A stretch of DNA of 63,757 nucleotides, counting the filler, from Hyphochytrium catenoides (Eukaryota > Protista > Hyphochytriomycota), in the NCBI GenBank assembly GCA_900088475.1. It is 5 parts of 5 records of this genome, joined end to end, with 100 filler letters (N's around TTAATTAATTAA, not from the genome) between each part and the next. Parts side by side here need not be neighbours in the genome. Positions count along the whole stretch, not along the records: positions 28,259 to 54,679 come from FLMG01002130.1; positions 54,780 to 56,217 come from FLMG01002231.1; positions 56,318 to 62,558 come from FLMG01003315.1; positions 62,659 to 63,757 come from FLMG01000602.1; 1 more part is not named here. One strand, given 5' to 3'. The number at the start of each line of letters is the position of its first letter. The stretch's first letter is position 1. The notes beneath the pieces were generated by a model, which worked only from the letters and a program-made list of their open reading frames with translations, did no database searches and was not told the DNA's origin. Below, piece after piece: positions 50,868 to 63,616 of the stretch. The translations under genes were made by a program, and so were the position numbers.

Positions 50868-51006
50868 GGTGATTGGTTGGAGCACAGCCAATCCTGAAGG
50901 CCTGATTGACGGCATGGGTGGAACAGACGTCTTCCGGGCTGTGGCTTGCCGGTTCAGTTCAGATGATTCATCAGGAAGGATCATCAACAGCTCTTATTAT
51001 AAAAAG
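50868..51006 (+). promoter_or_regulatory. Candidate Pol II promoter for the SLC13 gene: ATTGG and CCAAT boxes at ~50872-50892, TATAAAAAG at 50998
   Basis: Motif match only; about 240 nt upstream of ATG 51239. Confidence 0.35.
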
Positions 51007-51238
51007 CAACATTGATCCTTTGTTATGACGTCCAGCAAAAGCTCCCACTTCTTCTCACGATCCTTCCTTCAGAGCAACAACAACCCAAAAGTTCAAAAAG
51101 TGAGTGCCGTTTTGCGAAGAGGTGCAGAATTGTTGAAGCTGGAGATCTTCAGGCCTGCTGCTCCTCATTGAGCAAATTCCCCTCCTCACCCGAACCAAGC
51201 GACAAGTGGCCGCTGCAGACGGACGACAAGACTAAACG

Positions 51239-53356
51239 ATGTCAAAGGCCACCACCATAATGGACGACGCTCAGTCCATTAGCAGCGCCAAGGAGCATAA
51301 CCCGCCCTTCAGGTCAATCTACTCTCCCGCACTAGGAGACAGCCGATTTGAGGACAAGATTGCTGGGCAGAGCTGGTGGAACCTGAAAGCGCTAACAACG
51401 ATCTCCTGGACTCATATTCTACGCTATCACTGGGTTGGGCTTGCTACCGTCAGCATTCTATCACTTGCGCTTTTACTTCTTGGCCTTCTCCAGTTTGACT
51501 CCCTCTCCTGGAAGGCGTGGTTCACGTTTGGCGTGGTGGTCCTATCGCTGGGACTACTGGTGGAGTCGCTGGTACCAACTCACATGGTCTTTCTTGGGTC
51601 TGGTGCAGCGTTCATGGCCTTTGATATCATCACCGTGAAGGAAGGGCTGGCAGGATTCTCTAACGAGGGCATTGCAACGGTGGCAATCCTATTTGTGGTG
51701 GCCAAGGGCGTACAGCAGACAAATGTGCTGAATGTTGTCTTCCGTGTTCTACTGGGAAGGCCCAAGAACTTTCGGATTGCGCTCCTCCGCATGTTGGCAC
51801 CCTGCGTGCTGTTATCATCTTTCCTGAATAACACGCCGATTGTTGCCATGATGATCCCAGTCATTATGCGGTGGTCTGAGTACAATAACGTCTCTCCTCG
51901 GCGGCTTCTCATGCCAATGACCATCGGGGTCACCCTTGCAGCCCAGAACACTCTGATCGGGACATCGACAAACCTCGTGGTGACAGGACTGGTGGACACG
52001 AAGCGTCTAAAGGACCTGGATGGCAACCTGATCTCCGTTAGCATCTTTGAGCAGACAAAAGCTGGGGTCATCTACTGCCTCGTGGGGGTCCTCTACCTCT
52101 TAATTGTAAGCCCCATCGCGCTAAAGGACCCCAAAGAGGCAGACGATCTTGAAAAGAAGGGAGCTGCTGTGGCACATGAGGAATACCACGGACGGAAGGA
52201 GTACGCAGTCGCTTTTCAGATTACTCCGAATTATCCTAGCCACGGCAAGGTCAGCCTCAAAGAGAGTGGCTTTCAAACAGAATCAGTACGAGCCATACGT
52301 TTGACCCGTAAGGACGGTGTTCTCTCCGATCCGAAGGCAGACGCGATCGTAGAGGCTGGCGACATCATTTTGGTCGTTGGGTCTCTCTCTGCTCTCCTGA
52401 CGCTCTACAACATGGATGGCGTTCAAGTGGCAACCACTAGCAGTCATTTGCTTCCACTGCCAAAGCATAGGCGCGCCTTGCATGAGGTTGTGCTTGGCCC
52501 TGGCTTTGCGGAACCTGGAGTCTCTTTTGCTGAGTCTAAGTGGGAGAGGTACTACAATGCAGCGCTTGTTGGGGCTTATTATCGTGCGTCTGGATCCCTC
52601 GAGGACGGAGATATTCTCAGCAACACCCCGTTAGAAGCAGGAACCACTGTCCTTGTTGAGGGCGCCAGAGATTTCTCAAAGACTTACGGCGCCACTCAGG
52701 ACTTTACTGTTATACGCCGTATTGAAGACTCGGAGTCCTTCCGCACTGATCTTCTTCAAATGCTACTTTCTAGTGCTCTCGCAGTCACTGCCATCGTGCT
52801 GGCGGCATGTGAGGTGACGTCACTCTTCATCTCAGCCTCCGTAGCCGCCCTTCTTATGATCGTTTTTGGCTGCCTGACGCTGGATCAGGCCGCCCGATCT
52901 ATTGATGTCCCTGTGGTCCTCACCGTGGCCTCCACGTTCGCTTTATCTACTGCTATGGACAAGACAGGAGCAGCGGCAGAGCTATCGAAACAACTGGTGA
53001 CGCTGTTTTCGCCCTGGGGAAACTACGGTGTGCTCTTCGGTATCTATGTCAGCACTTCTTTGCTTACTCAGATCATCACCAACAATGGAGCTGCAGCACT
53101 AATGTTCCCGATTGCACTAGCGCCAAATAAAGGCGTCGCCTATCTCGAGGGAGTTAATCCCTATGCGGCTATCTTCATTGTGATGTTTGGAGCTTCATCC
53201 TGCTTCTCCACACCGTTTGGTTATCAGTGCAACATGATGGTTCACACTCCAGGAAAGTACAGCTTTACGGACTGGCCAAGGCACAGTGTAGGGTTACAGA
53301 TAATCCTAGCGCTGCTCGCTCCTCTGATCTGCAATTACTTCTGGACATCACCTTGA
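51239..53356 (+). CDS. SLC13/DASS-family Na+/sulfate cotransporter-like protein (algal SLT / bacterial YfbS architecture with central TrkA-C-like region), intronless
   Basis: GFSNEGIATVAILFVV, SSFLNNTPIVAMMIP, TLIGTSTNLVV, soluble middle (IVEAGDIIL, PLEAGTTVLVEG), ITNNGAAALMFPIA and STPFGYQCNMMVHTPGKYSFTD. Confidence 0.93.
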   Translation: MSKATTIMDDAQSISSAKEHNPPFRSIYSPALGDSRFEDKIAGQSWWNLKALTTISWTHILRYHWVGLATVSILSLALLLLGLLQFDSLSWKAWFTFGVVVLSLGLLVESLVPTHMVFLGSGAAFMAFDIITVKEGLAGFSNEGIATVAILFVVAKGVQQTNVLNVVFRVLLGRPKNFRIALLRMLAPCVLLSSFLNNTPIVAMMIPVIMRWSEYNNVSPRRLLMPMTIGVTLAAQNTLIGTSTNLVVTGLVDTKRLKDLDGNLISVSIFEQTKAGVIYCLVGVLYLLIVSPIALKDPKEADDLEKKGAAVAHEEYHGRKEYAVAFQITPNYPSHGKVSLKESGFQTESVRAIRLTRKDGVLSDPKADAIVEAGDIILVVGSLSALLTLYNMDGVQVATTSSHLLPLPKHRRALHEVVLGPGFAEPGVSFAESKWERYYNAALVGAYYRASGSLEDGDILSNTPLEAGTTVLVEGARDFSKTYGATQDFTVIRRIEDSESFRTDLLQMLLSSALAVTAIVLAACEVTSLFISASVAALLMIVFGCLTLDQAARSIDVPVVLTVASTFALSTAMDKTGAAAELSKQLVTLFSPWGNYGVLFGIYVSTSLLTQIITNNGAAALMFPIALAPNKGVAYLEGVNPYAAIFIVMFGASSCFSTPFGYQCNMMVHTPGKYSFTDWPRHSVGLQIILALLAPLICNYFWTSP

Positions 53357-54679
53357 CAGCAATCTCAAACTCTTCTCTTCAGCTAGCCAGTCTTTGCCTT
53401 AATGTTTAATAATAGTCAGAGGCGCGAATCTATCCGTTCTCTTACTCCTTCGTTCTGTGCAATACTGATCATGAGAGAGACGAGTACCGCGATACAGCAA
53501 GCAGGACAGCAACCCGTAGGAGAACCATTGGCGGGTCAACGACAAGTCTTTCCATTTATTCTTACGTCCCTCATCAAACTACTAGCACCAGTAGGTGCAA
53601 CAATTAGACTTGTGGCATAGGTCTTTGTACGAGCATCAACTACTGTTCGTAGGGCACACATACTTAGCTCGTAAGGTGGGGTTGCTTCATAACAAAGAGG
53701 ACACTGAGCAAGCAGCAGCTCATTTGTAGCCACCGTCTTCTCTCTTGTTTCTTCTGGCCAGCAGTCTTCTATTAGTTGTGCCTTCGTTCAATCCTTTGTG
53801 CTGTGGACGATGATGAATTAGTCTAACAACCATTATTCAGAAGAAGAGGCAAGAGCTACAAAGTCTCAATCTCTTCAGCTCTCACCTTTCTCATTATCAG
53901 AATATTAGAGAATCATATCATCGTCAATAATAGTAATCGGTAATGACAAAGAGGGAGGAAGGGAGAGAAGAGGCAAAGACCATCTGCACTACTCTTGTCG
54001 AAGTGCATAATAGTTCTGTCTGTTCTACCTTGCTTGCTCTTCAAACACATCAATGGTCAGATGCCCTCAATACTCTGACGATAAGTGAGGACCAACTGTC
54101 AAAGGAAAGAATCGAAGATGTAGAAGAAAAAGAGAACTGATAGCACGGGGATAGAAGAGGTGAGCGAAGACTTCTCAGTAGCATCACCCTCGGAGAAGAA
54201 AGTATCACACTTCTCCGTTGATCTCGCCCTCAGGATGGACGGCATTGTCGTACGGGCGGAGAAGAAGAAGAGCAAAGCTCATCATGATTCTCTCTGTTAC
54301 AAGAAGCACCAGGAAACGAGCAGTAGCCGACCTCCTGGCCGTTCTTATCGAGGAATCCTCAAATTATAGCATTCCTCGTCCTTGTAAACTCTATGATTTG
54401 GACGTGCCGACCTGAACTACTTTCATCAGTTCTGTGGGAGGACCAAAAAAAGTACAATCATCCGCTCTTCAGTCGTCATGGCCCAAAAGGCGAAAAAAAG
54501 TGAGAGCTCGTCCATTCAATAATCTACGGCTTGATTTACACAGCGCCAAAGTGGCACACCAAGAATTAGAAGCTCTACTATAACCCCAGATCCTTTTATC
54601 CTACGAAAAAGGATAGAATTGAGAGGTGGAAAAATGGGGCGTTCGTTTTTGTCCTTTTGCAAAAATTCTCGTAGGTCAA

Positions 54680-54779
54680 NNNNNNNNNNNNNNNNNNNNN
54701 NNNNNNNNNNNNNNNNNNNNNNNTTAATTAATTAANNNNNNNNNNNNNNNNNNNNNNNNNNNNNNNNNNNNNNNNNNNN
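54680..54779. other. Artificial contig linker
   Basis: N44-TTAATTAATTAA-N44. Confidence 0.97.
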
Positions 54780-56217
54780 CTCCCTAGTTAATAGCAGTTA
54801 ATGAGGATCTCACACACTGGGAACTGCCTGGCCCAAGTAACGCACATTCTCAGTCTTCCCTTACCTCATCACTTTCTTTTCATACCATCACATGCAATTT
54901 GGAGAAGAAAGAGAAGACACTAACAACGGGCAACGGGGTAAGGCAGGCAGCGGCAAGGCCAGGAGAAGAGGAGGCCAAGCAATGGTCGTACTTTGGGAAA
55001 GAGAGAGAGAGAGAGAGAGAAAGAGCGAATGCGAGAGATAGAGAGAGGGTTACTTTAGGCAGTGAGAGTGACAGGAAGGCCGCGGGAGACACTGCTGGAC
55101 CGAGAATGATGAGGGGAGACTGGCTCCCAAAACCGTCACGCGGTGCTGAGACCACACTGACAATCTCTGTCTCTTTCTCTGGCGGATGCTTGCGCGGAGC
55201 TCTGAACTGCGCGCCGCCGCAGTTTGAATATTAGGAAGTTATTAGGGCGATAGTGGTGCTTGCCCCTGAACCCTTCAGCCTTTTTACTTCTTGTGGCCCA
55301 CACCAGCATTACTCTGGCAGATCAGGTGGAGGAGGTGTCATGACGTACGACCAGGCGCAGCCGCCGCCGCAGCAGCAGCAGGCCCCGAAGTCTCCCATAT
55401 TGCACCGCCGGAGCGGAGAGAAAATCATCATCCGACCATCATGTTGGCAGAGCTCTCCGGGACCCCGCCAAAACGACATCCTCGTGGTTCACCCTCTTCT
55501 TCTGCAGCCGGCGGCATACGCAGCGCTGGCTCTCCTCCTGCCGCTGCCTCGCTCAGTGCACATGCTTCTCTCCTCCCATTGTCTACAGCTTTTCCTGCCC
55601 ATGATGATGCTCAGCCAGTAGAGAGCACCGAGTGGCAGTGTGCTTGCGGCACTGACATTCTTGCTGATTGCAGAGTTAGAAGATCCAAAGAGATCCTCTG
55701 TGGCCGTGCCCGTTCACTCTACGTCGTCCGAGAGTCTAGCAAATTTGGTCAGCTCAGTTCATGGAAGATTAGCTCTGGGCAAAGGAGAAACCGCGTCAAA
55801 GGCAAAAAATAGAAAAGTAACAGAACCGCGCTCGATGCTAATCGGATTTTTTGAGCGGCAGCGGAGAGCCATTGAGCGTCTCCACACTCTGTCCTTCAAC
55901 GCCTTTATCGAACGTGCTGCTCCGTGACCGTAAACACCTCGCCGGACGGCGCCAGGAAAGAACTTTGGCGTCGTGACGAGGTTGCGATACAAATCCGATC
56001 GTGCAAGCATCGAACGCGATGCTGTTTCTTTTCTAGTCTTTGCTGTTGGACGCAGTGTCTCAGTCCTCGAGACCAGTTCCCATCTCTACCGTTAGCTCTT
56101 CCGTCCGCTGATGAGCGGACCAACTCGCGCCGGACTCTCGGAGGATGTCGAGACGGGAAGTGCGAGTGAAGGTGTGCTGGGGCTGAAGAGAGAGCAGCGG
56201 GGAGAGAGAGAGAGAGA

Positions 56218-56317
56218 NNNNNNNNNNNNNNNNNNNNNNNNNNNNNNNNNNNNNNNNNNNNTTAATTAATTAANNNNNNNNNNNNNNNNNNNNNNNNNNN
56301 NNNNNNNNNNNNNNNNN
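56218..56317. other. Artificial contig linker
   Basis: N44-TTAATTAATTAA-N44. Confidence 0.97.
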
Positions 56318-57010
<693 letters not shown>

Positions 57011-57809
57011 AGGCAACATGCAGGGTACTTGCCTGGATGTTTATCAGCATCTAGTGCTATAGTCATTAATGGGTTAGGAGCTCCAGAAGAAAAACTCTCC
57101 GGTTCCACGCCAGTAGGCCGTGGAAGTAGGTTAAGAGTTGAGGTTGCGGGAGGGCGTCATTTATTATGCTAATTGGTTAGGACCAGCAGCAAGACCCGCC
57201 GCCTCGTATCTCTTAAAGGACTGAATGAAGTGAACCACCACCTATCGTCCCCTCTTTAGTCTTATTTCTATCTACTACTGACAAGTAGGTCGCTCCAGTC
57301 CTTGCACAATGACAGCACAGAGTCCGCCTCTAATCATTGACCGAGAGCGCAGCTAGAGTGATGTTTTTGTGCTTTGTTTTGAGTTTTGAGGGAAAGTGTA
57401 TCGCCAAGGGAGTTAGGGTCAAAGCGTGTGATCTTCAGCACGCATAGAACTCCCTCTTCCATTATTCTGGGGTTACCAGGTCCTTCAAGCATCAAGCGTC
57501 AACAGAGAGCTTGGCTAACGCGCACAGTAGCCAGTAACCGTCAGACGAAGGCTGATGCAGTAATAAGAGGATGCCGGAAGGTGCGGGTTGCTTGATCAAG
57601 CAGCTTGCTTCCCTGATCCCTGACGTTCTTTAGCTCGCCAGCGCACCAGTCATAACTGATAAATACGAATTCAGCCATTACCTGGGTCCAGCGCTTATCG
57701 GAGGGGGCGGGGGGCTGATGATGGCACTGAAGTATGGGTGCTTAGCAGCATGAGTATGCTGCTCTCTGTGATTGACTGTAAGGAGTGACAGTCAAAAGTA
57801 ACAGCAATA

Positions 57810-60800
57810 ATGGAAAGGTATTCGGTAAGCCGCCTCATGGACTGCCAAATCTGCCGAGCTTTCTTCTTACATCGTTGACCATGGACGGACCAGGCTTTTA
57901 TTCAAGTGATAGGCACTGGTACCGATGGAACCGACCCGTGTCTGCTCCTATCGGTTGAAAAGCATGCCAGATATAGCACAGACACTTCCATTGTCCGCCG
58001 GTCGGTTGCGACGCCTCACCGTGGTCATGCATTGAGCCTGTGCCCACTAACGCAGATGTTGCTCTAGATACCTTTTCAATGCGGGAGAAGGAACGCAACG
58101 ACTATTTATGGAGAAGAAGCTGAAGCTTGGAAGCCTGCAGAAAGTTTGCCTTACGCGATTAGAGGCTGAGGTTAGGCTCTGCGACCATACGGATCCCATC
58201 CTAGACCTTGATCACCTTTACACATCGTCTATTCAGGCAGCCTCTGGTCTGGCGGGTATCATTCTGGGCTTAGCCGACGCAGGCGTACCGCAGCTGGATG
58301 TTATAGGGCCACAGGATACAACCCACCTCGTCAACTCGTTTAGACATTTTATCCATAGGAAGCACCCCACCGTCACAGTCCAAGAAGTTCAAGGTCGAGT
58401 CATTCAGGAAGGTAATCACCATAAGCGATTGCTGGTTCCAATGGTTCAAGGAGTTTATGATTCATTAGCAACTCTGTACGCATACAGGCGGTCAAGCGCG
58501 AACAAGTCCGCTCTCACACCGGGACCTAGAGGCTGATGACCTGTGCTTCGACCTCTTTCCTCTGCTTGTGGCATCAGAGCCTACCTCCAAAATGCGACCT
58601 GCAGGGCCACAGTGCGCCCTCTGCCACGCCGAGAAGGAGAAAAAAGAGATGCTGATAAGACAAGCGAGGGCACAAGCAGCAAGACTTAAGCTAGGTGTCA
58701 ACCGCAAGCGGGCAATGGAAAGGATCAGTCCTGAAGTGGAGGCCCTCCGTAACTTTTATGTTTCAATAGACCCATCTAAGATTTCCCATGTCGAGGCTAT
58801 CTTGGGGCGTTATGCCGGGAGGCTAGAGGTTTTGGAGGCACAGCTGCTGGCCAAATACGGACAGAAGCCTCGTCTCGTTTCTATTAGCGGCCGTGAGGAC
58901 AGATCTGTCCCGGTTGCTTCTGAAGCTGACGCTTCGCCGAACAAGAAAGCACGCCTCCAAATTTCAGATGAGCAAAAGCGAGGCTTCATCGAAAGCCCTG
59001 TCACGAAGAAAGAGGTCAGTGCTGAGACTACTTGCATTCCGGACGATAAACCGGAGGATTCCCAGGCTCGCGTTACGGGAGTTGTGGATGTGGTTCTCCC
59101 TCGTCTGGACGAGGAGAGGACAGATACCCTTAAACAGCAAGGGGAGGACGGGAATCAAGCTGGCATCCTTGTATATGTCTGCAGGTAGGTGATAGTCCTT
59201 AAGTCATTAGAGTTCCAAATAGTGCCTTCTGACGTCGTTTATAGATGGCGTGATAAAGTAGAACCAACGCCAGGTCAGGAAGTGGACGGAGAAGATGCAG
59301 GAGTGCACAATTGGAAGGGGCGTTCCGTGACAGTGCTCATAGTAGATTGTCCTACTTGTGAATGGATAGAGAGAATTTGGAAGGAGATAGACGCCTTTCT
59401 CTCGAGCCCTTGTTGCACGCAAACTCATCCAGTGGCTGCTGTCATTCACCTTTCACCATCTACTGTGGTCCTGTCAGAGGCATATAAGGAGTGGATGAGC
59501 TCCTTTGGTGCTAGAACAGATCACATCATAGTTCATGGTGGAATTCTTTCTCATACACCTCCAGCAGTTATTTACGAGGACCCCTCTTTCCCGTCTGAGT
59601 ATTCCGGAGATAAGAGCGAGGCTACAGCCTTACCTGAGGGCGTGCCTAGGCAGGAGTTCCCTAACATTAATTATGTATCGTCTCTGAAAGCCCTGGGTAT
59701 ATTACATAGCATCGAACCAAAGCTATACCCCATGGTGGCTGCCGGCGCTACTTCTGTCCACCGTCCTCCCTGCACGTCGACTTTTACGGTTGATAGCGGA
59801 GGGCATCGTGGTTTGACACTGGAACGTTCTCGTTTTGAAGGAGTGAATATCAGGCTAAAAGGAGGCTCTACGCCTATGCAATGTGTTTTAGGGGTGGCAG
59901 GTCTTCGGATCTACACGCAAAAGTGCTCGTCAACGGTCCTGGAGATAGTTCAAATAGACAACTCCCAAACTTCACTTCTGAGTGCACACCTGGAGGTAAG
60001 CAGACAATGATCCAGCCATGTACCTGTATTAATTATCGCTAATTACAGTGCTCTCCTCTCCTGCAGTGTCCGCCCCCGTTTGCTTCCTTTTCGACGTTAG
60101 CTTTCTTTGTTAGCAGTTAGTGCTTCCTTCCACGTCGACGAATCGTTATCGTTCTTCCTTTCCAAAACTTTGCCCCTTCTCTCGACAAATGCAGGCTAGC
60201 CATGTAGCCCTGGATCTTTTCCCAGATTGGTCTTCCCCAGAACTGACGTTTCTAGGAACGGGCTCCGCAAGGCCGTCTAAGTATCGGTCTAGCAGCGGTC
60301 TCCATCTGCGGTTTGGAGGTGGCCCCCATGGCATCTTGCTTGATGCTGGAGAGGGCTGCCTTGGACAGGTGAGGCCCGACCCATGACCAAACTTCATTCT
60401 TGCTAAGTTGTCTTTGGTATCGAGCCGTGGGATTCTTTCTTTCCTTATGTTCCCGTCTTCTCCAGAAGTTGGCTTGCCAGTATCCTCTTCCCATCCTTTA
60501 TGATGCTATACTTTACCTTGAGTAGAGCTGAGACAGTCCTAGCAGCTGTATAGAAAATTTGGGCCAAGGACGAACCAGATTATCTCTTCCCTGGTGGCAG
60601 TCTGGATTTCCCACAAGCATGCGGACCATCATTGCGGCCTTCTCAAAATACTCTCCCGATACGAGTCACTCCGCACGCGGAGACATCAATCTAGCTCCCA
60701 GATACCTTCCGCCCCACTTCTGGTTATTGCTCCCTCGGCGGTACTGGAACATCTGAGTGAGGTCGCGAAGCGGATGAAAGATGTTCAGCTACGCGGCTGC

Positions 60801-61954
60801 CTTAACGAAGACTTCAATGATGTTCACCACCCCGCCTCCATTTGGCTGCTCGCCTCGTCTCCCCTGCTCCGTCTTTATAGCGTCCCAGTGCACCATTGCC
60901 GGGAAGCGTATGGCGTTGTCATCGAGTTGAAGGACAGAAGTAGAGAGACAGACCCTGGGTGCTCCATGGCAGAAGGCAGCAGGAAAAGTCAGACAGTCAA
61001 AGAAAGAGTCATGAAAGTTGTATACTCTGGAGATACAAGACCTTGCGCGCGGCTCGTCAAGGAAGGCCTGGGGGCCGATTTGCTCATCCATGAAGTAAGT
61101 GCCGTGTCAGTGCCGCGTCAATCAGTGGGAAAGAAGAGAGACTAGGGAGCAGTCCTGGAGAGGCTGAAATTGCTTTGAGTGTCGGGCTCTCAACTTCTAG
61201 GTGGTTGAGGTAGAAGTACGCTGGGAAACCGAGGACTCCAAAAAGGAATAATGCTTGCTTTATTCAGTAGATGGAGGTGCACTTTGAATCATGGAGGAGG
61301 CAATAGCTGGCTGCAAGCCAATCTCTTAGAGTTAGTACTTGCGCGAATAGAATTTCTAACTATCATATCTAGGCCACCTTTGCTGATGAACTCAGCAACG
61401 ACGCTATCGTCAAGCGTCACAGTACCGTCGGCGAGGCTCTGACAGTGGCCGCCAATATGAAAGTGCGAGCTCTGATCCTTACCCACTTTAGCCAGCGCTA
61501 TCCTTCCGTACCCGATCAGGAGATTCAGCACATAGCAGGAAGGATGGAGGTATGTATTGAACGTTTTGGTGAACCCGCGAGAATGGGCAGCGCTGAAGAA
61601 TAATGTGCAGACGAAGAAGGTCAGAGAGATAGGGATCAGTAACTAGCAAGAGGGTGCGCAGTGAGGGAGAATTTGGCCACGGGTCAGCTGCAACAGAAGG
61701 ATCACTGGTAAACAACCTCCCAGAATAATGTCTGGGCGCCTTAGTATTCTTTCTGTAAGCATTGACCTTAAGGGCACCGAAGCTCATCTCTGGCTTTATA
61801 GCTCCAGGTTTGCCTAGCTTCCGATCTCCTGAGCGTGGAATTAAGTAGCGAAGCATTGGGAGGGCTCTCAGCGGCATTACTAAGGATCAAGTCCGGACTT
61901 GTCAAAGCGGCCAGCGATCAGCTGGACTCGGACGAAGAAGAAGAAGAGAAATAG
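57810..61954 (+). CDS. ELAC2: tRNase Z long form (ELAC2/Trz1-like), multi-exon; internal exon boundaries partly uncertain
   Basis: N-half: MERYS|AFIQVIGTG, YLFNAGEGTQRLFMEKKLKL, GLAGIILGLAD, LIVDCPT, VIHLSP. C-half: FLGTGSARPSKYR, LLDAGEG, WISHKHADHHCG (HxHxDH), VHHC..AYG, YSGDTRP, LIHE|ATF, HST, LTHFSQRYP. Last exon is 61808-61954. Confidence 0.92.
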
Positions 61955-62558
61955 TAATATATAGTAATATATTTGGTGTCTACTATGGACCGTCGCAATA
62001 CTGGGGACTGAGGAAGGTTGGCAAGCGTGCAGGAAGAAGACAGTCAGGAACTGAGACGCCGTGAATGGACAAAACGAAAGGATAGGAACAGCAGAAAGAG
62101 AGCTATTTAACACGTCGGGATTGCGTTTGGAATATTGGTCTCCCGTCTACTAAAGGCTACCAGTCGAAGCGGTCCAGTGCCTCCTGGACCTCTTTCAGAT
62201 CTTTCTGCACTTTTACCCGTTTATAGAAAATTGGGCAATCGCGGCTGTAGATTTAAAAAAGGATTCAGATCCGTTAGTTTAAACGCAAATCCAGAGACTT
62301 TATGTGCATGATAGAGGAGAAGGAAAGACCAGCGACATAATAGTTCAGCGTTACACGAAGTCAGCTGGGACGTCAGCTAGGATAAAGGGCAAAGGAGTTG
62401 GCAACTCGCACTCACTTTGTGCATAATATATCTGCGTGCATAGACCCTTGGCAGCGCTGGCACTGCGTCCAGAGGCGACCAAACTGGTCTTCAAGATGTT
62501 TCATCTCTTCCAGCTTCGTCATGTAGACTCCACCCTCCAGGCTGGAGCACGACTTGCA

Positions 62559-62658
62559 NNNNNNNNNNNNNNNNNNNNNNNNNNNNNNNNNNNNNNNNNN
62601 NNTTAATTAATTAANNNNNNNNNNNNNNNNNNNNNNNNNNNNNNNNNNNNNNNNNNNN
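62559..62658. other. Artificial contig linker
   Basis: N44-TTAATTAATTAA-N44. Confidence 0.97.
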
Positions 62659-62728
62659 AAACCTCTCTCTAAAAAATATCATATCTCTCTTCCTCTTTAA
62701 ACAGTAGTCTACTAGTCACTCCTTAATT

Positions 62729-63616
62729 TTTTTCTAGTAATAAAGGCCACATTAACCGGAAAAAAAAAAAAGAGAAAGGGAAGTTGTTATCCTTCCCAGT
62801 ACGACATTTTTATAAACCAAGCTTTATTAGGAGGACCGCGTGGTTGGGCAGTAAACACCTTTACTCTCAAACCTTCATTTACTCTACTCAACTTTCGGAA
62901 TCATCATGTGTAAGCTACCGTAGGCCTTTCAAGGTAACATTTTTTCCACTTCCAAACACAGTGAGCAAGGTCCAAGTTGCTGCAAACAATCTTCATGTAA
63001 GCAATGAATATTGCAAGCTGAGCTTTGAAAGCGATCAAATGTACAAAATTTCCAAAAGATAAATTTCCAAGTGGGTTGCAAATTGATTGTAATATTGTAA
63101 TGCGATGTTAGCAAGGCGATGTAAACAATGATAGTTGACATTGTGGTTTACAACACACGAATGAAAGCAATCAAAGTGCGAGCGATTCGAAATGTGAGCA
63201 ATACAAATGCAAGAAATACAGAATGTGAGCTATCCATATGCGATCAATTCAGAATGTGAGCACAGGTGTTGAGGTGAGCAAAACGGTTGTAAGTCCCTTG
63301 AGTGTTATCACGTCGTGAAAGCATCGTAGAAGGGTTCAGTTCACTGTTGGCGGGATTATTGGTAGCGATAGAGGAGTGGTGGGTTTTGTGGTGCTGGACA
63401 GAGCAAAACTTTGGGTTCTGTCTCACCCCGAATGCGTCAGAGAAGGGTTCAATTCACTGTTTGCGGGTTTATTGGGGCAATAGAGGAATGGTGCGTCACG
63501 CTTGCTCTTCATATCCACCGCCCATGATGGGTATGAAGAGCAAGCTTCTTTCAGGCGAGGAAAGTTTTTCTAGTAATAAAGGCCACATTAACCAGGAAAA
63601 AAATAAATAAATAAAT
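62729..63616 (+). mobile_element. Probable non-LTR retroelement 3' ends: two copies of TTTTCTAGTAATAAAGGCCACATTAACC plus A-rich tail (~62730 and ~63566), with a stem-loop at 63500-63545
   Basis: Identical 28-mer containing AATAAA, followed by poly(A) in one copy and A7(TAAA)n in the other; 14-bp perfect inverted repeat upstream of the second copy. Confidence 0.55.

Noticed and set aside
54780-56217. Overlapping ORFs on contig 3 (QPPPQQQQ, WQCACG)
   Set aside because: No frame or strand stands out and no family motif is recognised.
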